A stretch of DNA of 64,000 nt. Source: a virus (lineage: Duplodnaviria; Caudoviricetes). Positions 9,377-19,541 of this stretch are shown one piece after another. Where the stretch lies: IMG/VR virus record IMGVR_UViG_2574179762_000001, positions 1 through 64,000 of that record; one strand, 5' to 3'. The notes under the pieces were generated by a model. That model was given only the letters and a program-made list of their open reading frames with translations, did no database searches and was not told the origin of the DNA. The position numbers were made by a program, and so were the translations under genes. Numbering within the stretch: the stretch's first letter is position 1; each line of letters begins with the position of its first letter.

Positions 9377-9840
9377 TGAGCAAGCCAGTCATTCCCCATT
9401 ACTCCCCATCGAAAACCGGATTTCTTGCTCTCCGAACAGCACAGGACTTGTTCGCGAAGGCGGAGCGAGACCTTGCGGCACTCGAATACAACCCACAAAG
9501 CGCGGACGCTGCCTTCAATTTCTTCGTCACTGCACACCACATCGCCGACTGGGCGGGAGCGTTGGATAGCCGCGATCAACACCCCCTCTTGAAGATATGC
9601 CGACACATCGCAGATGGAGTCAAACACTTTGAGTTGACGGCAAAGCACCACAACCTAGTCTCGGGTGTTGTGGACGAGAGCTATGTTGACGATGGCTACT
9701 TTGAGCCAGGATATGTCGAGCAAGATGTGCACATCCTCCTGGAGCCAAACAATGGCCTCACCAATGCGGATAGGATTGATGTGCTGGAATTGGCCCGCCT
9801 AGTGATTGCCTTTTGGCGGCAAAGGCTCGGCGTTGTTTAG
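9376..9840 (+). CDS. hypothetical protein, possibly HEPN-like
   Basis: AAGGA RBS, TAATG coupling to SRAP; helical, with CRHIADGVKH. Confidence 0.6.
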   Translation: MSKPVIPHYSPSKTGFLALRTAQDLFAKAERDLAALEYNPQSADAAFNFFVTAHHIADWAGALDSRDQHPLLKICRHIADGVKHFELTAKHHNLVSGVVDESYVDDGYFEPGYVEQDVHILLEPNNGLTNADRIDVLELARLVIAFWRQRLGVV

Positions 9841-10025
9841 TCGGGTGGGACTGAGGGCTATCAGTCATCGCCCCCGTTCGATAGTTGGTTTGCCAGCCCT
9901 CCGCGCAATCCCGTCGGCTCCGCCTTTAACATCCGGTCCGCACTCGGCGTCGACATCTGCTTCACCTTGCCCACCAGTTGCTTGTTCGTGAGCGATCGGC
10001 GTGAAGATCGACTCGGGCGCGCTGG

Positions 10026-10448
10026 TCACTGCCCGAACGAGTGCAGCCGCGACTCGTCCAGACTGACGTAGCAGTGGTAGAACTTCTCGCCCGCGTAGCC
10101 CCCGTAGCTGTTCTTGCCATTGATCGCCAAGGTGTACCGCCGGCTCGTCCCTTGCGGACTGGGAAAGATGCCGCTGTAGAAGACGATGCCGATTTTCAGG
10201 CTGTCGGGGTCTTTGAAGTGACGCGGCGCATCGGCCAGGCACAGTGCCTTTCCCGGACCTTCATACGATGGGTCCACCTTCTCGACGGGCTGCGGCTTTT
10301 CCAGTGCGCCCCCTCTCCCGGCGCACGGCTGGTCTTGATATACGACGCGCCCACCGACCTCGCAGCGGTTGACCTGCGCCGACGCGCTGGCGGCCAGCAG
10401 CAAGGCTACCGCACTCGAACCCGCAATCTTTCGCACGTTTGACCCCAT
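10026..10448 (-). CDS. secreted DUF4124-like protein
   Basis: Signal peptide then VNRCEVGGRVVYQDQPC. Confidence 0.7.
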   Translation of the reverse strand: MGSNVRKIAGSSAVALLLAASASAQVNRCEVGGRVVYQDQPCAGRGGALEKPQPVEKVDPSYEGPGKALCLADAPRHFKDPDSLKIGIVFYSGIFPSPQGTSRRYTLAINGKNSYGGYAGEKFYHCYVSLDESRLHSFGQ

Positions 10449-10475
10449 TTTTGTTCTTTGAACGGCGAGCGTAGC

Positions 10476-10498
10476 AAAACCCCGGCGCGCGGCCGGGG
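10476..10498 (-). terminator. intrinsic terminator
   Basis: CCCCGG stem with TTTT on the minus strand. Confidence 0.6.
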
Positions 10499-10513
10499 CA
10501 AGGTCTTAGACCT

Positions 10514-10693
10514 CTACTCAGCGCCCGGCTCCGTCCACCAGTGCTCGACCTGACCTCGTGAAAAGCGGGCAACGACCCGTTCGTCGTCCGCCCTAATTAC
10601 CAGTTCGGTGCCTTCTTCCGCAGCTTCGATCGCTGCGATTTCCTTCACGCGATCCTCATACTTCAGTTTCACATGCACAGTGACGCTTGCCAT
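10514..10693 (-). CDS. small hypothetical protein (59 aa, not in ORF track)
   Basis: Hand translation MASVTVHVKLKYEDRVKEIA...WWTEPGAE; AAGGA RBS; followed by terminator. Confidence 0.6.
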   Translation of the reverse strand: MASVTVHVKLKYEDRVKEIAAIEAAEEGTELVIRADDERVVARFSRGQVEHWWTEPGAE

Positions 10694-10767
10694 AGCCGAT
10701 CCTTCTTCAAAGTTGTGCGCGGAGCACTCATGATACGCCTTTCCGCAGAGTGCACTTTAAGGCACTT

Positions 10768-11325
10768 TTAGATCAGCACAGCCTCTGCCTCGCGCCGCAG
10801 CACCAAGCCGCGCAGCACGCGCCCGCCACCGCGGTTCCACTTCCGGATCTCAGCCGGCACGTCGGCCCACCGACCAGCGTTCACGCGCTTGCGCAGCGTG
10901 CTGGCCTTCAGGTTGCCCGCGCCGAGATTAAACGTCCAGTCGATGATCGCGGCCAGGCGCTCGGGCGTGTCGATGCCCTGGCATAGCTTCAGCACGGCCG
11001 GCAGGTAGACCGTGCGCACCATCCACAGCAGCATTTCCTCGGCCTGCTCCCGGGTGATCGGTGCGTCGCTCAGCGTGACCCGGCGCCCGTTAGGGTAGTA
11101 GGTCGCCCCATACCCGATCGACGGTACGCCTGCCGGGCACAGGTAGGGGCGCAGGTATAGCCCCTCGAAGCGCCGGGCCAGCGCAGCCGCCACCTCGATC
11201 GCAACCGCGTTGAAGTCGCGCGGAGCCGGCACGGGTTCCGGTACCGGGGGTGGCAGGATGCCGGGCGGGGGCGCTGCGACGACCGACGGCTCGAACAGCG
11301 AGAGGAACCGGGTCAGCAGACTCAT
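10768..11325 (-). CDS. GH24 phage lysozyme (endolysin)
   Basis: FEG..L.PY.CPAGVPSIGYG, FNLGAG, GLVLRREAE. Confidence 0.92.
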   Translation of the reverse strand: MSLLTRFLSLFEPSVVAAPPPGILPPPVPEPVPAPRDFNAVAIEVAAALARRFEGLYLRPYLCPAGVPSIGYGATYYPNGRRVTLSDAPITREQAEEMLLWMVRTVYLPAVLKLCQGIDTPERLAAIIDWTFNLGAGNLKASTLRKRVNAGRWADVPAEIRKWNRGGGRVLRGLVLRREAEAVLI

Positions 11326-11792
11326 ACCCGACCCCGGTTCGCAATGACGCGCACGGCAAAGAAGAAGCCGAGGATCACGCCGACCAGTTCACGATCCCAT
11401 TCGCCCATCTTGAAGCCCTGCGCGTTCAGAGCGACGACCCAAAGGTAGATGGCAATCGAGGCGGCCAGGGGGCGAATGATGCCGTTCCACAGGTCGACGA
11501 TGTAGATGCCGGACGGCTTCATGGATGCGGTGACAGCCTGACCCCAGGATGCCGCATCGAGGCGAGCGAGATCCGCTTCAGCCTGCACGTTGATCGTCTT
11601 CACGCCGAGATCGGCCTGCAGCTTGATCGACGCCAGGTTGCGCTCGTGCGCTGCGGCGTCTAGCTCGCCCTGCAGCCGCATGCGCTCCAGTTCGTGCTTC
11701 TGCTCTTGATGAGCGGTCCACATCTGACTGATCTGTTCCCAAATCAGCCGGAAGGCTGAGCCGCCGAGAAAGGAAAGGATTGCGCTGAACAT
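11322..11792 (-). CDS. putative 3TM holin
   Basis: N-terminal hydrophobic segment, IIRP, C-terminal GFFF.VR; coupled to endolysin. Confidence 0.6.
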   Translation of the reverse strand: MFSAILSFLGGSAFRLIWEQISQMWTAHQEQKHELERMRLQGELDAAAHERNLASIKLQADLGVKTINVQAEADLARLDAASWGQAVTASMKPSGIYIVDLWNGIIRPLAASIAIYLWVVALNAQGFKMGEWDRELVGVILGFFFAVRVIANRGRV

Positions 11793-11847
11793 GGTGTCCT
11801 CCGGTTGTTGTCCAGGTGACACCGTAAGTCTGGGCGGCGCGCTGTCG

Positions 11848-11864
11848 CCTGCGGACGAATTGCG
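11848..11864 (-). promoter_or_regulatory. putative late-promoter activator site (lysis)
   Basis: CCTGCGG-ACG-AATTGCG, variant of a motif present five times. Confidence 0.6.
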
Positions 11865-11865
11865 C

Positions 11866-12096
11866 TTAGACGTCGATCACTTGAACAGGGAGAGAGGGGG
11901 CGGCACCCTCGATCACGCCGTCGCGCACGAACACTGTCGCGCCCTGCGACGTGGCGCCGCGGGCTTGCAACAGACCGCCGCCAGGCAGTTGGACGGTCGC
12001 CACCCCGTTCGAGATGGAGAGGACGGTACCGACTTGGAGCGGCGGGTCGGGCAGCAGCCCGAGCAGTACCTTGTAGGGGTTACGCAGTAGCGACAT
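11866..12096 (-). CDS. small tail-associated protein
   Basis: Last gene of the tail operon; OB-like beta pattern. Confidence 0.6.
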   Translation of the reverse strand: MSLLRNPYKVLLGLLPDPPLQVGTVLSISNGVATVQLPGGGLLQARGATSQGATVFVRDGVIEGAAPSLPVQVIDV

Positions 12097-13990
12097 GGGT
12101 TTCCACTCCGATCGTCTGGAACACTTCGGGCATGCTCACGTCGACGCTGGTGCTGCGCACGATGCCGAGGCGCGTGAAGCCGCCATCGACGTACCGCACG
12201 AACTTGCCCGGGGTGATCACGCCCGTCTCGGCCAGTACCGGCAGCCGCAGCGCGAGATGCGCCTGGCGCCCGGTGTCGCCGAGGACTGCCAGCCCGTGCT
12301 GACGCGCGGCATCGACGTGCGTGATGAGCGCGTCGGTCACCATCGGGGCGAGGATGTCGCCAGCCGTGCCGCCGCGGGTCACCTGGCCGAGCACGCCCTG
12401 CCCCTCACCGCTGACGAACACGCGGTTGTAGCGGGGCCGCTCCAGCCACTCGATCGACTCGCGCGTCGTCACGTCGGCAGGGAGTTCGAAGTCCGGCGTA
12501 ACCGAGCTCCAGTTCCACGGCGCCGTCGGGTAGCGCGCCAGCACGGTCAGCGCCTTCTGGCTCGGGTGCGGTTGGATATAGGCACCGGCCGCGCCCGCAA
12601 TCTGGTTCAGCGCCGTGATGTAGGTGCCCTGATGCGACCAGGCGCCCGCCGGTACCAGCCAGTCGGTGAGCGCCCAGTTGACGGTCCAGCCGATGCTTGC
12701 CCCATTGATGGTGAGCGCATCGTTCATCAGTTGCTGCGCCGTGCGCGCGGTCGAGTTGCTGAAGTTCTGCACAGGCGCGTACGGGGCGCCGAGGATGGCC
12801 GATTTACCCTTGCCGCTCACACGGATGGCCGAGCGCCCGAACGTGCGATCACGGCTGATTTGCTCGGCCAGCACGCGGTAGCCAGTGCCGTTGATGACGG
12901 CCTCCAGTTCAACCGGCGTGCCATCAGATCCGGGCTCGATAGCGCCCAGTGTTTCTGGTGGCAGCGCCGCGTTGAATCCCCACGTCCAGGAGTCGGCGTC
13001 GATGCTCAGTGAGAGCGAAAAGGTCGGGAGTTCGACATTGCCGTCAACGCGGCGCAGCATCACAGTGTTCAACACGATATAGACCCTCTTGACGGGAACG
13101 ATGACGGTTTCGCCAGGCTCCGGCGGCTTTTCCTCGTCACATTGATACTTGGCAAAATTCAGGCGGATGTCGTCGCCGGCGTAATCCAGCCACGGGCAAA
13201 CGAAGTTCAGGTCCGTATCACCCTCGAACGGCGGAGTGAACGGCGGAACCACGATCTGCTCGTGACCATAGGCCGGGCGCTTAGCCTCCTGCCAAGGCAC
13301 CTTAGTCGTGTGCGGGGCACGCCGACCCGGCTGGAAGTAGCCACTGATGCGGCGATAGACCGATTTGGCCTCCTGATGGCGCTCCTTCACCACGGGCTTG
13401 ACCGGTCGGCCGTTCTCAAACGGCGAGACTTCCATCCGCTTCAGCGGCGCGGCCTCCTGCCAGCGGTTTCCGGCGCTGACCTTGATGTGCGGCGCGTACT
13501 CAAAAGGCGACTTCAGGGCGCGGTCAAGCGGCGCGGCCGCCTGGTACGGCAGCTTCGTGATGGCGCGCTGCCTGGCTGCCTGCTGCCAGTCCTGCAGTTT
13601 GCTTGCCTCCAGGCGGCGACCGTCCTGCCACGGCTCGGCGCGCACGGGCTTCAGGCTGATCGCGTTCTCGTAGCGCTGTGTCTTACCAGGCTTGAGGTGC
13701 GCCCCGTCCTGGTAGGCCGCGTTCGTGGCGTGGCTCGGCCCGCGGAACACGCGGTTGTCGTAGTTGGCCTGAACGTGCAGCGTCTGCGTTGTGTGCAGTG
13801 TCATCGTCAGGGCAGCTTCGACCGGCTTGGCCTTCTCTGCCGTGACGGCAATCTGCAGCGTCGGCGCGTGCGTGGTTAGTTGAACCGCGATGATCGTCGG
13901 AACGCCGTCGGGGTTCAGAGAGAAATTAAGGTCTACATGCCCGCCCGCAGGCGGGGTGTAAGCCTTATGAAAATTCAGATCGTTGCTCAC
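12080..13990 (-). CDS. tail tip/hub protein
   Basis: Position in tail operon; internal W/Y-Q repeats. Confidence 0.65.
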   Translation of the reverse strand: MSNDLNFHKAYTPPAGGHVDLNFSLNPDGVPTIIAVQLTTHAPTLQIAVTAEKAKPVEAALTMTLHTTQTLHVQANYDNRVFRGPSHATNAAYQDGAHLKPGKTQRYENAISLKPVRAEPWQDGRRLEASKLQDWQQAARQRAITKLPYQAAAPLDRALKSPFEYAPHIKVSAGNRWQEAAPLKRMEVSPFENGRPVKPVVKERHQEAKSVYRRISGYFQPGRRAPHTTKVPWQEAKRPAYGHEQIVVPPFTPPFEGDTDLNFVCPWLDYAGDDIRLNFAKYQCDEEKPPEPGETVIVPVKRVYIVLNTVMLRRVDGNVELPTFSLSLSIDADSWTWGFNAALPPETLGAIEPGSDGTPVELEAVINGTGYRVLAEQISRDRTFGRSAIRVSGKGKSAILGAPYAPVQNFSNSTARTAQQLMNDALTINGASIGWTVNWALTDWLVPAGAWSHQGTYITALNQIAGAAGAYIQPHPSQKALTVLARYPTAPWNWSSVTPDFELPADVTTRESIEWLERPRYNRVFVSGEGQGVLGQVTRGGTAGDILAPMVTDALITHVDAARQHGLAVLGDTGRQAHLALRLPVLAETGVITPGKFVRYVDGGFTRLGIVRSTSVDVSMPEVFQTIGVETHVATA

Positions 13991-14391
13991 GCCTCAACCA
14001 GCGATCCGACCGACATTGACACATCGCCGCCCTCATAGAGTTGGGTGGTAGGCTGCCCGTTTGAGGTCAACACTACTTCAGCGCCTACGTCCATATCAGC
14101 GACGAATGTTCCGTCACTGGCGACGATCCGGCCCCAGGTAGCGTTACCCGTCTTCAGCGCCAGCTGCGACGCCCCGACCAAGATCGGCAGCGTCATGCCC
14201 GAGATCGTGCCGGCCGACGGGTAGGCGAACGGCAGCGCCGCGAGCTTGACCTGCGTGGTTACCGCCGCGCCGGTGTCCGGCCGGGTGCCGCTATAGATGT
14301 TCAGCACGCCCGCCGCGCCACCGCCGTCGATGGCGGTGGTCAGTGCCTTCAGGCGGTTGGCGATCACCGTGGTCGAAAGGGCGAGCGTCAT
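13987..14391 (-). CDS. virion structural protein
   Basis: LNIYSGTRP, GNATWGRI motifs; coupled in tail operon. Confidence 0.7.
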   Translation of the reverse strand: MTLALSTTVIANRLKALTTAIDGGGAAGVLNIYSGTRPDTGAAVTTQVKLAALPFAYPSAGTISGMTLPILVGASQLALKTGNATWGRIVASDGTFVADMDVGAEVVLTSNGQPTTQLYEGGDVSMSVGSLVEA

Positions 14392-17117
14392 GGGGCGAGT
14401 TCCTCATAGCCGATGATCAGGGCCGGTGCGTTGGCGACATACTTGCGCACCATCACGTAGTCGATGGTGCTGCTTTGGTTGCTTTCCCAAGTGCGGGCCA
14501 TGAGCAGTTGCGCTGACGACGCAGACACTCCAGTCCGGGTCTTCAGCAGTACGTCGTCAATGATGAGTTGCGCATTGCCGTCGGCTCCCCAACCCAACTG
14601 CACCCGACCGCTGGCCTTCTTCGGGGAGAAGTCGCCGGTGGTGGCACTGTCTGCCTCATTATTGATCGCCAAACGGGACTGAGTCAGGCGTGGCTGCGGC
14701 GAGTCCAGCACCAACTCGAAGGAGGGGCTTGCCTGCGTGCCGGTAACAAAACCCAAGGCCCGGTCGGTGTTGCCGGCTCCATTGCCGCCAGAAGTGGCGA
14801 TGTTGTTGTACCTCGCAATGACCTCCACGCCGGAATTAAACGAGGCGGACGAACGCAGTTCCACAAAAGCCGAACGGCCTTGTACGGCCACTACCGAGGC
14901 CCCATTGCAGGTGACGAAGCCGCCGGAATCGTTGTAACGCAGCCACTTGGAGTCGGGCACCGCCCCGTTAGCCAGATCGAAGTCATCGAACAGCAGCGGG
15001 AACGCCGCCGCACCACTGCTCGCCACCGGCGTCACGGTGTTGTACACCACGGAGAACTGCGCATTGCCGCTGTCCAGGTTCTGGCCGCCCAGGTTCACCC
15101 AGTAGAACGCGGTACGGTTCGGCGTGGTGCCGACCACCCGCTCCAGCCAGTACGGCAGGCTGTTGCCGGCCAGGTCGGTGAAGGCAATATCGGCGGTGTA
15201 GTCGCCCTTCGCGGTCGGGAACGTCTTCAGCATCAGTGCCACATCCGCCGCCAGCGCGGTGTTAGTCCCTTGGAAGGTCTGGCTCATCGCCAGTGGGCTC
15301 TCGCCGATGCGCACCAGCACCGCGTGGTTCGTGCCCAACCCCACCGCCTGCGGCATGGTGATCTTGCGGCGGAGCTTGGCGATGGTCTCGGACGGGTAGC
15401 TGCTGTATAGCGGCATCAGCACCGGCGTCACCATGTCCTGCACTACCGCGTTGTAGGTCTTCGAGTAGTCGCGGCCCAGCACCTGATACTTGTAGCTCTC
15501 GTTGACGTTATCGAACACGTAATTGCCGCTGGCGTCAGACCAAGCGCTCTGCACCAGTCCGCTGCCTTCCTCGATCAGCCGAACCTTTTGCGGCGTCGGG
15601 GTGTTGTTCACTGTGGTCTGTCCGGCGACCCGGCCCCTGCCACCCCAGGTCTGGTCGGTCTGGCCTGCGTAGCCCTTGTGTCCCTTGACGGATTGCGGCC
15701 CGGTTACAGGGGAGGACGGCAGCTTGGTGTAGGCATACATCGGCAGCACGTTGCTGTACGTACGGCGCGAGAACGCAGGGTCGGCAAAGGGGGCGGACGG
15801 CGGGGTGAAGGCGCCGTAGTACACCGGCGAGCCGACCACCATGCGCCATTCATCGAGGTAGCCCGTGAAGAAGAAGGTAGACGGCTCTCCCCCGAAATAC
15901 AGGGGGTTGGCGGTGCCCCATACCTGCTGCCCGGCGGTGAACGTTGCCGTGCCCACGGACACCCCGTTGAGGTACAAAGTGAGGGTCGTGCCGTAGCGCA
16001 CCAGCGCGACGTGATACCAAGTGTTGGCCACCAGCGTGCCTGCCGGCCCAATGCTTTGCGTGTAACTGGAGCCGTTGGTAGACGCTTGGCCCTGCACCTG
16101 ATTGCCGACACGGAGAATCCGAAAGGCGGCCGCCCCACTCGCATTGTATTTCGACACCAGCACCGTCGTGCCCGCCGCAACCGTAGTCGGGTAGAACCAC
16201 CCCTCGACGCAGAAATCGTAGTTCGAGACTGCCAGTTCCGGGGCGTCAGGGGTGTTCAGGTAGGTGTTGCCGCCGAAGAACCCTGACGAGCCGAACTTGG
16301 CCGGGGAGGCGGACAGGGCTACCGGGGTGGCGGTGGAACTGGTCATGAGCCGACCGGAACGTGACGAGTCGATCCATTGCAGGCTGTTGCCCGCCGTCTT
16401 CTGATCGAAGTGCAGCAGCACGGCAACAAACAACCAGTCGTCAAACTGCGTGGAGGGTGCCGAGAACCCACTGGTATAGCGCGCCACCCCCAAAGTGAGG
16501 CGCAGTTCGTCGTAGTACGCCTCCAAGAAAGTGGAGCCGGCGGTAAAGTTCGACTGCCCCAGCGTAAAGGGCTGGGTCAAGCTGCAACTGATTGCACTTG
16601 AAATCGTGCCCGTGCCCTTGGCGACGCCGTTGATCCACACCGTCAGCGTGTTGCCCTGCCGCGTCAGGGCGACGTGAGCGAAGGCCCCGGTGGGCAGGTC
16701 GCCTGCACTGCCTGCAATCAATTGCACGCCGCCGACTGAAACATTGACCGCCCCGTTGGCGGCCCGCGCTACCAGCCAGTCTTGATTGGCCGGCGTGGCG
16801 TCATCCCACCGCCCCATGATCGCGCCGTAGTCGGTGCCCTGTGACACCGGCCAGACGAAGCACTCCACGGTGAAGTCGGCGCTGCCGAAGTCCAGCAGTC
16901 TGCCGGGCGGGTAGCGCCAGTAGTTGCCGTTGGCACTGCCGGTCTTCAGCGATGTGGTGCCGAACTTGGCCTGCACACTGCTCATGGCGGTCGTACCGAC
17001 GCAGCCCGAAAACATGCCGGTAAGGTACTTGGAACTGTCCCAAATAGCGGTGGCGCTGCCGTAGACGTTCTCGAAGTGGGACAGCAACGCCACATTGTCG
17101 ATGTATGGATCTGCCAC
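14388..17117 (-). CDS. tail fibre/adhesin with two LamG-like domains and a DUF2341-like domain
   Basis: Repeated LLHF...DF.VE.W...HVAL.R...DE.R modules; LPYWLE..FYWV. Confidence 0.75.
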   Translation of the reverse strand: MADPYIDNVALLSHFENVYGSATAIWDSSKYLTGMFSGCVGTTAMSSVQAKFGTTSLKTGSANGNYWRYPPGRLLDFGSADFTVECFVWPVSQGTDYGAIMGRWDDATPANQDWLVARAANGAVNVSVGGVQLIAGSAGDLPTGAFAHVALTRQGNTLTVWINGVAKGTGTISSAISCSLTQPFTLGQSNFTAGSTFLEAYYDELRLTLGVARYTSGFSAPSTQFDDWLFVAVLLHFDQKTAGNSLQWIDSSRSGRLMTSSTATPVALSASPAKFGSSGFFGGNTYLNTPDAPELAVSNYDFCVEGWFYPTTVAAGTTVLVSKYNASGAAAFRILRVGNQVQGQASTNGSSYTQSIGPAGTLVANTWYHVALVRYGTTLTLYLNGVSVGTATFTAGQQVWGTANPLYFGGEPSTFFFTGYLDEWRMVVGSPVYYGAFTPPSAPFADPAFSRRTYSNVLPMYAYTKLPSSPVTGPQSVKGHKGYAGQTDQTWGGRGRVAGQTTVNNTPTPQKVRLIEEGSGLVQSAWSDASGNYVFDNVNESYKYQVLGRDYSKTYNAVVQDMVTPVLMPLYSSYPSETIAKLRRKITMPQAVGLGTNHAVLVRIGESPLAMSQTFQGTNTALAADVALMLKTFPTAKGDYTADIAFTDLAGNSLPYWLERVVGTTPNRTAFYWVNLGGQNLDSGNAQFSVVYNTVTPVASSGAAAFPLLFDDFDLANGAVPDSKWLRYNDSGGFVTCNGASVVAVQGRSAFVELRSSASFNSGVEVIARYNNIATSGGNGAGNTDRALGFVTGTQASPSFELVLDSPQPRLTQSRLAINNEADSATTGDFSPKKASGRVQLGWGADGNAQLIIDDVLLKTRTGVSASSAQLLMARTWESNQSSTIDYVMVRKYVANAPALIIGYEELAP

Positions 17118-17126
17118 AGTGACTCC

Positions 17127-18308
17127 TTAGCGCCAAGGTCCAGATACGTCGATGAACACGAAGCCGAAGTTCGAGCCGCCGTCCCCGGGCGGCGCGTGCC
17201 GCAGCGCGACGAACCGTTTGTTCGGGTAGTCGTCAGTGCCGGGTACTACGTCGCGGTGCGAGAAATAAGCGGATATGTTCTGTGGCGACATATACCACCC
17301 GGGCAGCGTGCCCCGCAGCGAGTTGCCGCCATACACCACGGTTGGACTGAGCAGCAGGCCGTTGTCCCCGCCGTTCGGGTACGTCAGGAAGCCATTGATG
17401 TTCAGGCCAGAGTAGTTAGCGTTGATCGGCGTCAACGCGCACTGCTTGGTCATGGCGAGTGCCCCTACCAGTGCGGTGGTGGCGCGTGGCATGAAGATAC
17501 CGTTCGGGGTCGAAGCGGCATTGGTGTTGCTGTACCCCAGATCAGACAACACTGACGAGGCCATGGCTACATTACTGGCCACCCCGCCATTAATCGTTGA
17601 CATGAACTTGTCGGTGGTGTTCTTGGCGAGCAGATCACCAAAATACTGGGAGATGCCGTTGACACCACCGACCACCGTCTGCGGCGCCAGCCACAGGTAG
17701 AACCCTCGATCATCCCCGGCGAGGAACCACTTGCGCGTGGTGGCATCGGCGGCGCTCGACCTGCCCCAGTACAGGCCGCCAGACACCTGCGCGGCGGTCG
17801 GGTACGGGTTCACGCCGGTGTCCACGTCATACATCCCCTCGTAGGCCACTACCCGGGCATTCAGCGTTCCGGTGTCATCGACACGCAGGTAGCCGCCCGA
17901 ATAGGCGGGGGCGGTCGAGGTGTACACCGCCTTGTTCGTGCCCGAGAATACCTTCGACCAGCCCAGCGGTGCCATCTTGGCGGTGATGGTGCCGGTTGCG
18001 GTCTGGTCCGAGATGCCGGTGGCGTCGAACGTGACCGTGTTGCCGGTGATCGACAGCACCTTCTTTTCGCCATTGAGTCCGGCCGGCGTGGCGCCGGCGA
18101 TCAGGGCCACCGATTGAACCTCAAACGGGAAGGCGGTGCCGAAGGTGGCCGTGGCGACGCCGCCTGCGACCACCAACGACGACAAGGTCTGTTGACCCCA
18201 ACCGTCTTTCAGGCAAGCGTCGAGCATCGGAATCAACCCGCCGGCGTTGCCGTACACGGTGGACGCCCCCGCCATATCGCCGTGCATGAACCTCACTACG
18301 TTGGACAT
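17127..18308 (-). CDS. tail-associated protein (paralog 2)
   Basis: LDACL..G, APLGW.K.FSGTNKAVY, YLRVDD. Confidence 0.7.
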   Translation of the reverse strand: MSNVVRFMHGDMAGASTVYGNAGGLIPMLDACLKDGWGQQTLSSLVVAGGVATATFGTAFPFEVQSVALIAGATPAGLNGEKKVLSITGNTVTFDATGISDQTATGTITAKMAPLGWSKVFSGTNKAVYTSTAPAYSGGYLRVDDTGTLNARVVAYEGMYDVDTGVNPYPTAAQVSGGLYWGRSSAADATTRKWFLAGDDRGFYLWLAPQTVVGGVNGISQYFGDLLAKNTTDKFMSTINGGVASNVAMASSVLSDLGYSNTNAASTPNGIFMPRATTALVGALAMTKQCALTPINANYSGLNINGFLTYPNGGDNGLLLSPTVVYGGNSLRGTLPGWYMSPQNISAYFSHRDVVPGTDDYPNKRFVALRHAPPGDGGSNFGFVFIDVSGPWR

Positions 18309-18317
18309 GATGCTCGC

Positions 18318-19532
18318 TCAGTTGAAGGACCGAATCGGGCCGGTCAGGTCGAAGAAGTAGCCGCATCCGATATAGGTGGCGGCGTTCGGGCTACCAGCGG
18401 ACATGAAGGCCAGCTTCTTGCCGACCAACTGGCGCATGCCGTCAATCTGTGCAAGATGCTGGATCACCGCGTTGGCCGAGCCCGTCGGCAGAGGCTGTAG
18501 GATGTGGTACATCCCCGGCAGCCACCCCCGCAGCCCGCTACCGGCGGGGACCATCACGTTGTTCAGAAAGAAACCCCCGGTACAGGCATCCGGCCAGCCA
18601 AACGGGCCGGTGAGGCTGCCAGAGACACTGGCCGAGACCGTTCCGGGGGACACGTGCCCAATCTGCTGGGGGGAGCCGATGCCGTTGGGTGGGCGCGGCA
18701 CATAGCCGGTCGTGCCACTGGGTATTGAGTAGGCCAGGTCACCGGAGTTGATCGAGCTATAGCTCGACATGTCAATGGTGAATCCTGACAGGATGGCGCC
18801 GTAGCCGTCCATGGTCTGCTGGGCGTCCAGATCGCCGAAGCCCATCGTCACGCCATTCATGGTCAGGCTCTGAACGGCGCAGGGATTGACCCAGAAGTAG
18901 AAGAAGCGGTCGTCGCCGTAGATCGCCCAGTTGCGCAGGCCGCCGTTGGTCACGGTGCCGTCCGACTTGGGCCAGTTCAGCACATTCTGGGCCGGACGCG
19001 GCACCGGGTAGAAGCCAGTATCCACGTCGGTCATCATCTCGTAGGCCGTGACCTGCGCGACGCGGTTGGCGAACCCCAGCGCGGTCGGGTTGTCGTCGAC
19101 CCGCAGATACAACCCGACCGTATTGATCGTCGCGGCGGTACGGTACACCGCCTTGTTGGTGCCCGAGAACGGCTTGGTCCAGCCCAGCGGCGCCATCTTG
19201 AACACCACGGTGCCGGTGGCACTGGCGGGCAAGCCCGACGCCACGGTGACCGTGACGCTGGTCTGGCCAATCGCCGTGATCTTGAACTCGCCGTTGAACT
19301 GGCTCTCGTTGGCGCCGGAAATCAGGATCACCTGACCTGCCATCAGGCCGTGTCCGCTGCCGACGAACACCTGCGCGGTGGTTCCCGACACCGAGATAGA
19401 CGACACCGGCCGGCTGCCATAGCCGTTGAGCAGGCAGGCGTCGAGCACCGCGAGCAGGTTGCCGGCGGTCGCGCCCAGCGTCGGTGCGCCGTAGTCCTGC
19501 GAGGTCAGTAGTTTCGGGAATACGCCTGGCAT
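18318..19532 (-). CDS. tail-associated protein (paralog 1)
   Basis: Same motifs as 17127-18308. Confidence 0.7.
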   Translation of the reverse strand: MPGVFPKLLTSQDYGAPTLGATAGNLLAVLDACLLNGYGSRPVSSISVSGTTAQVFVGSGHGLMAGQVILISGANESQFNGEFKITAIGQTSVTVTVASGLPASATGTVVFKMAPLGWTKPFSGTNKAVYRTAATINTVGLYLRVDDNPTALGFANRVAQVTAYEMMTDVDTGFYPVPRPAQNVLNWPKSDGTVTNGGLRNWAIYGDDRFFYFWVNPCAVQSLTMNGVTMGFGDLDAQQTMDGYGAILSGFTIDMSSYSSINSGDLAYSIPSGTTGYVPRPPNGIGSPQQIGHVSPGTVSASVSGSLTGPFGWPDACTGGFFLNNVMVPAGSGLRGWLPGMYHILQPLPTGSANAVIQHLAQIDGMRQLVGKKLAFMSAGSPNAATYIGCGYFFDLTGPIRSFN

Positions 19533-19541
19533 CGTGTCCTC

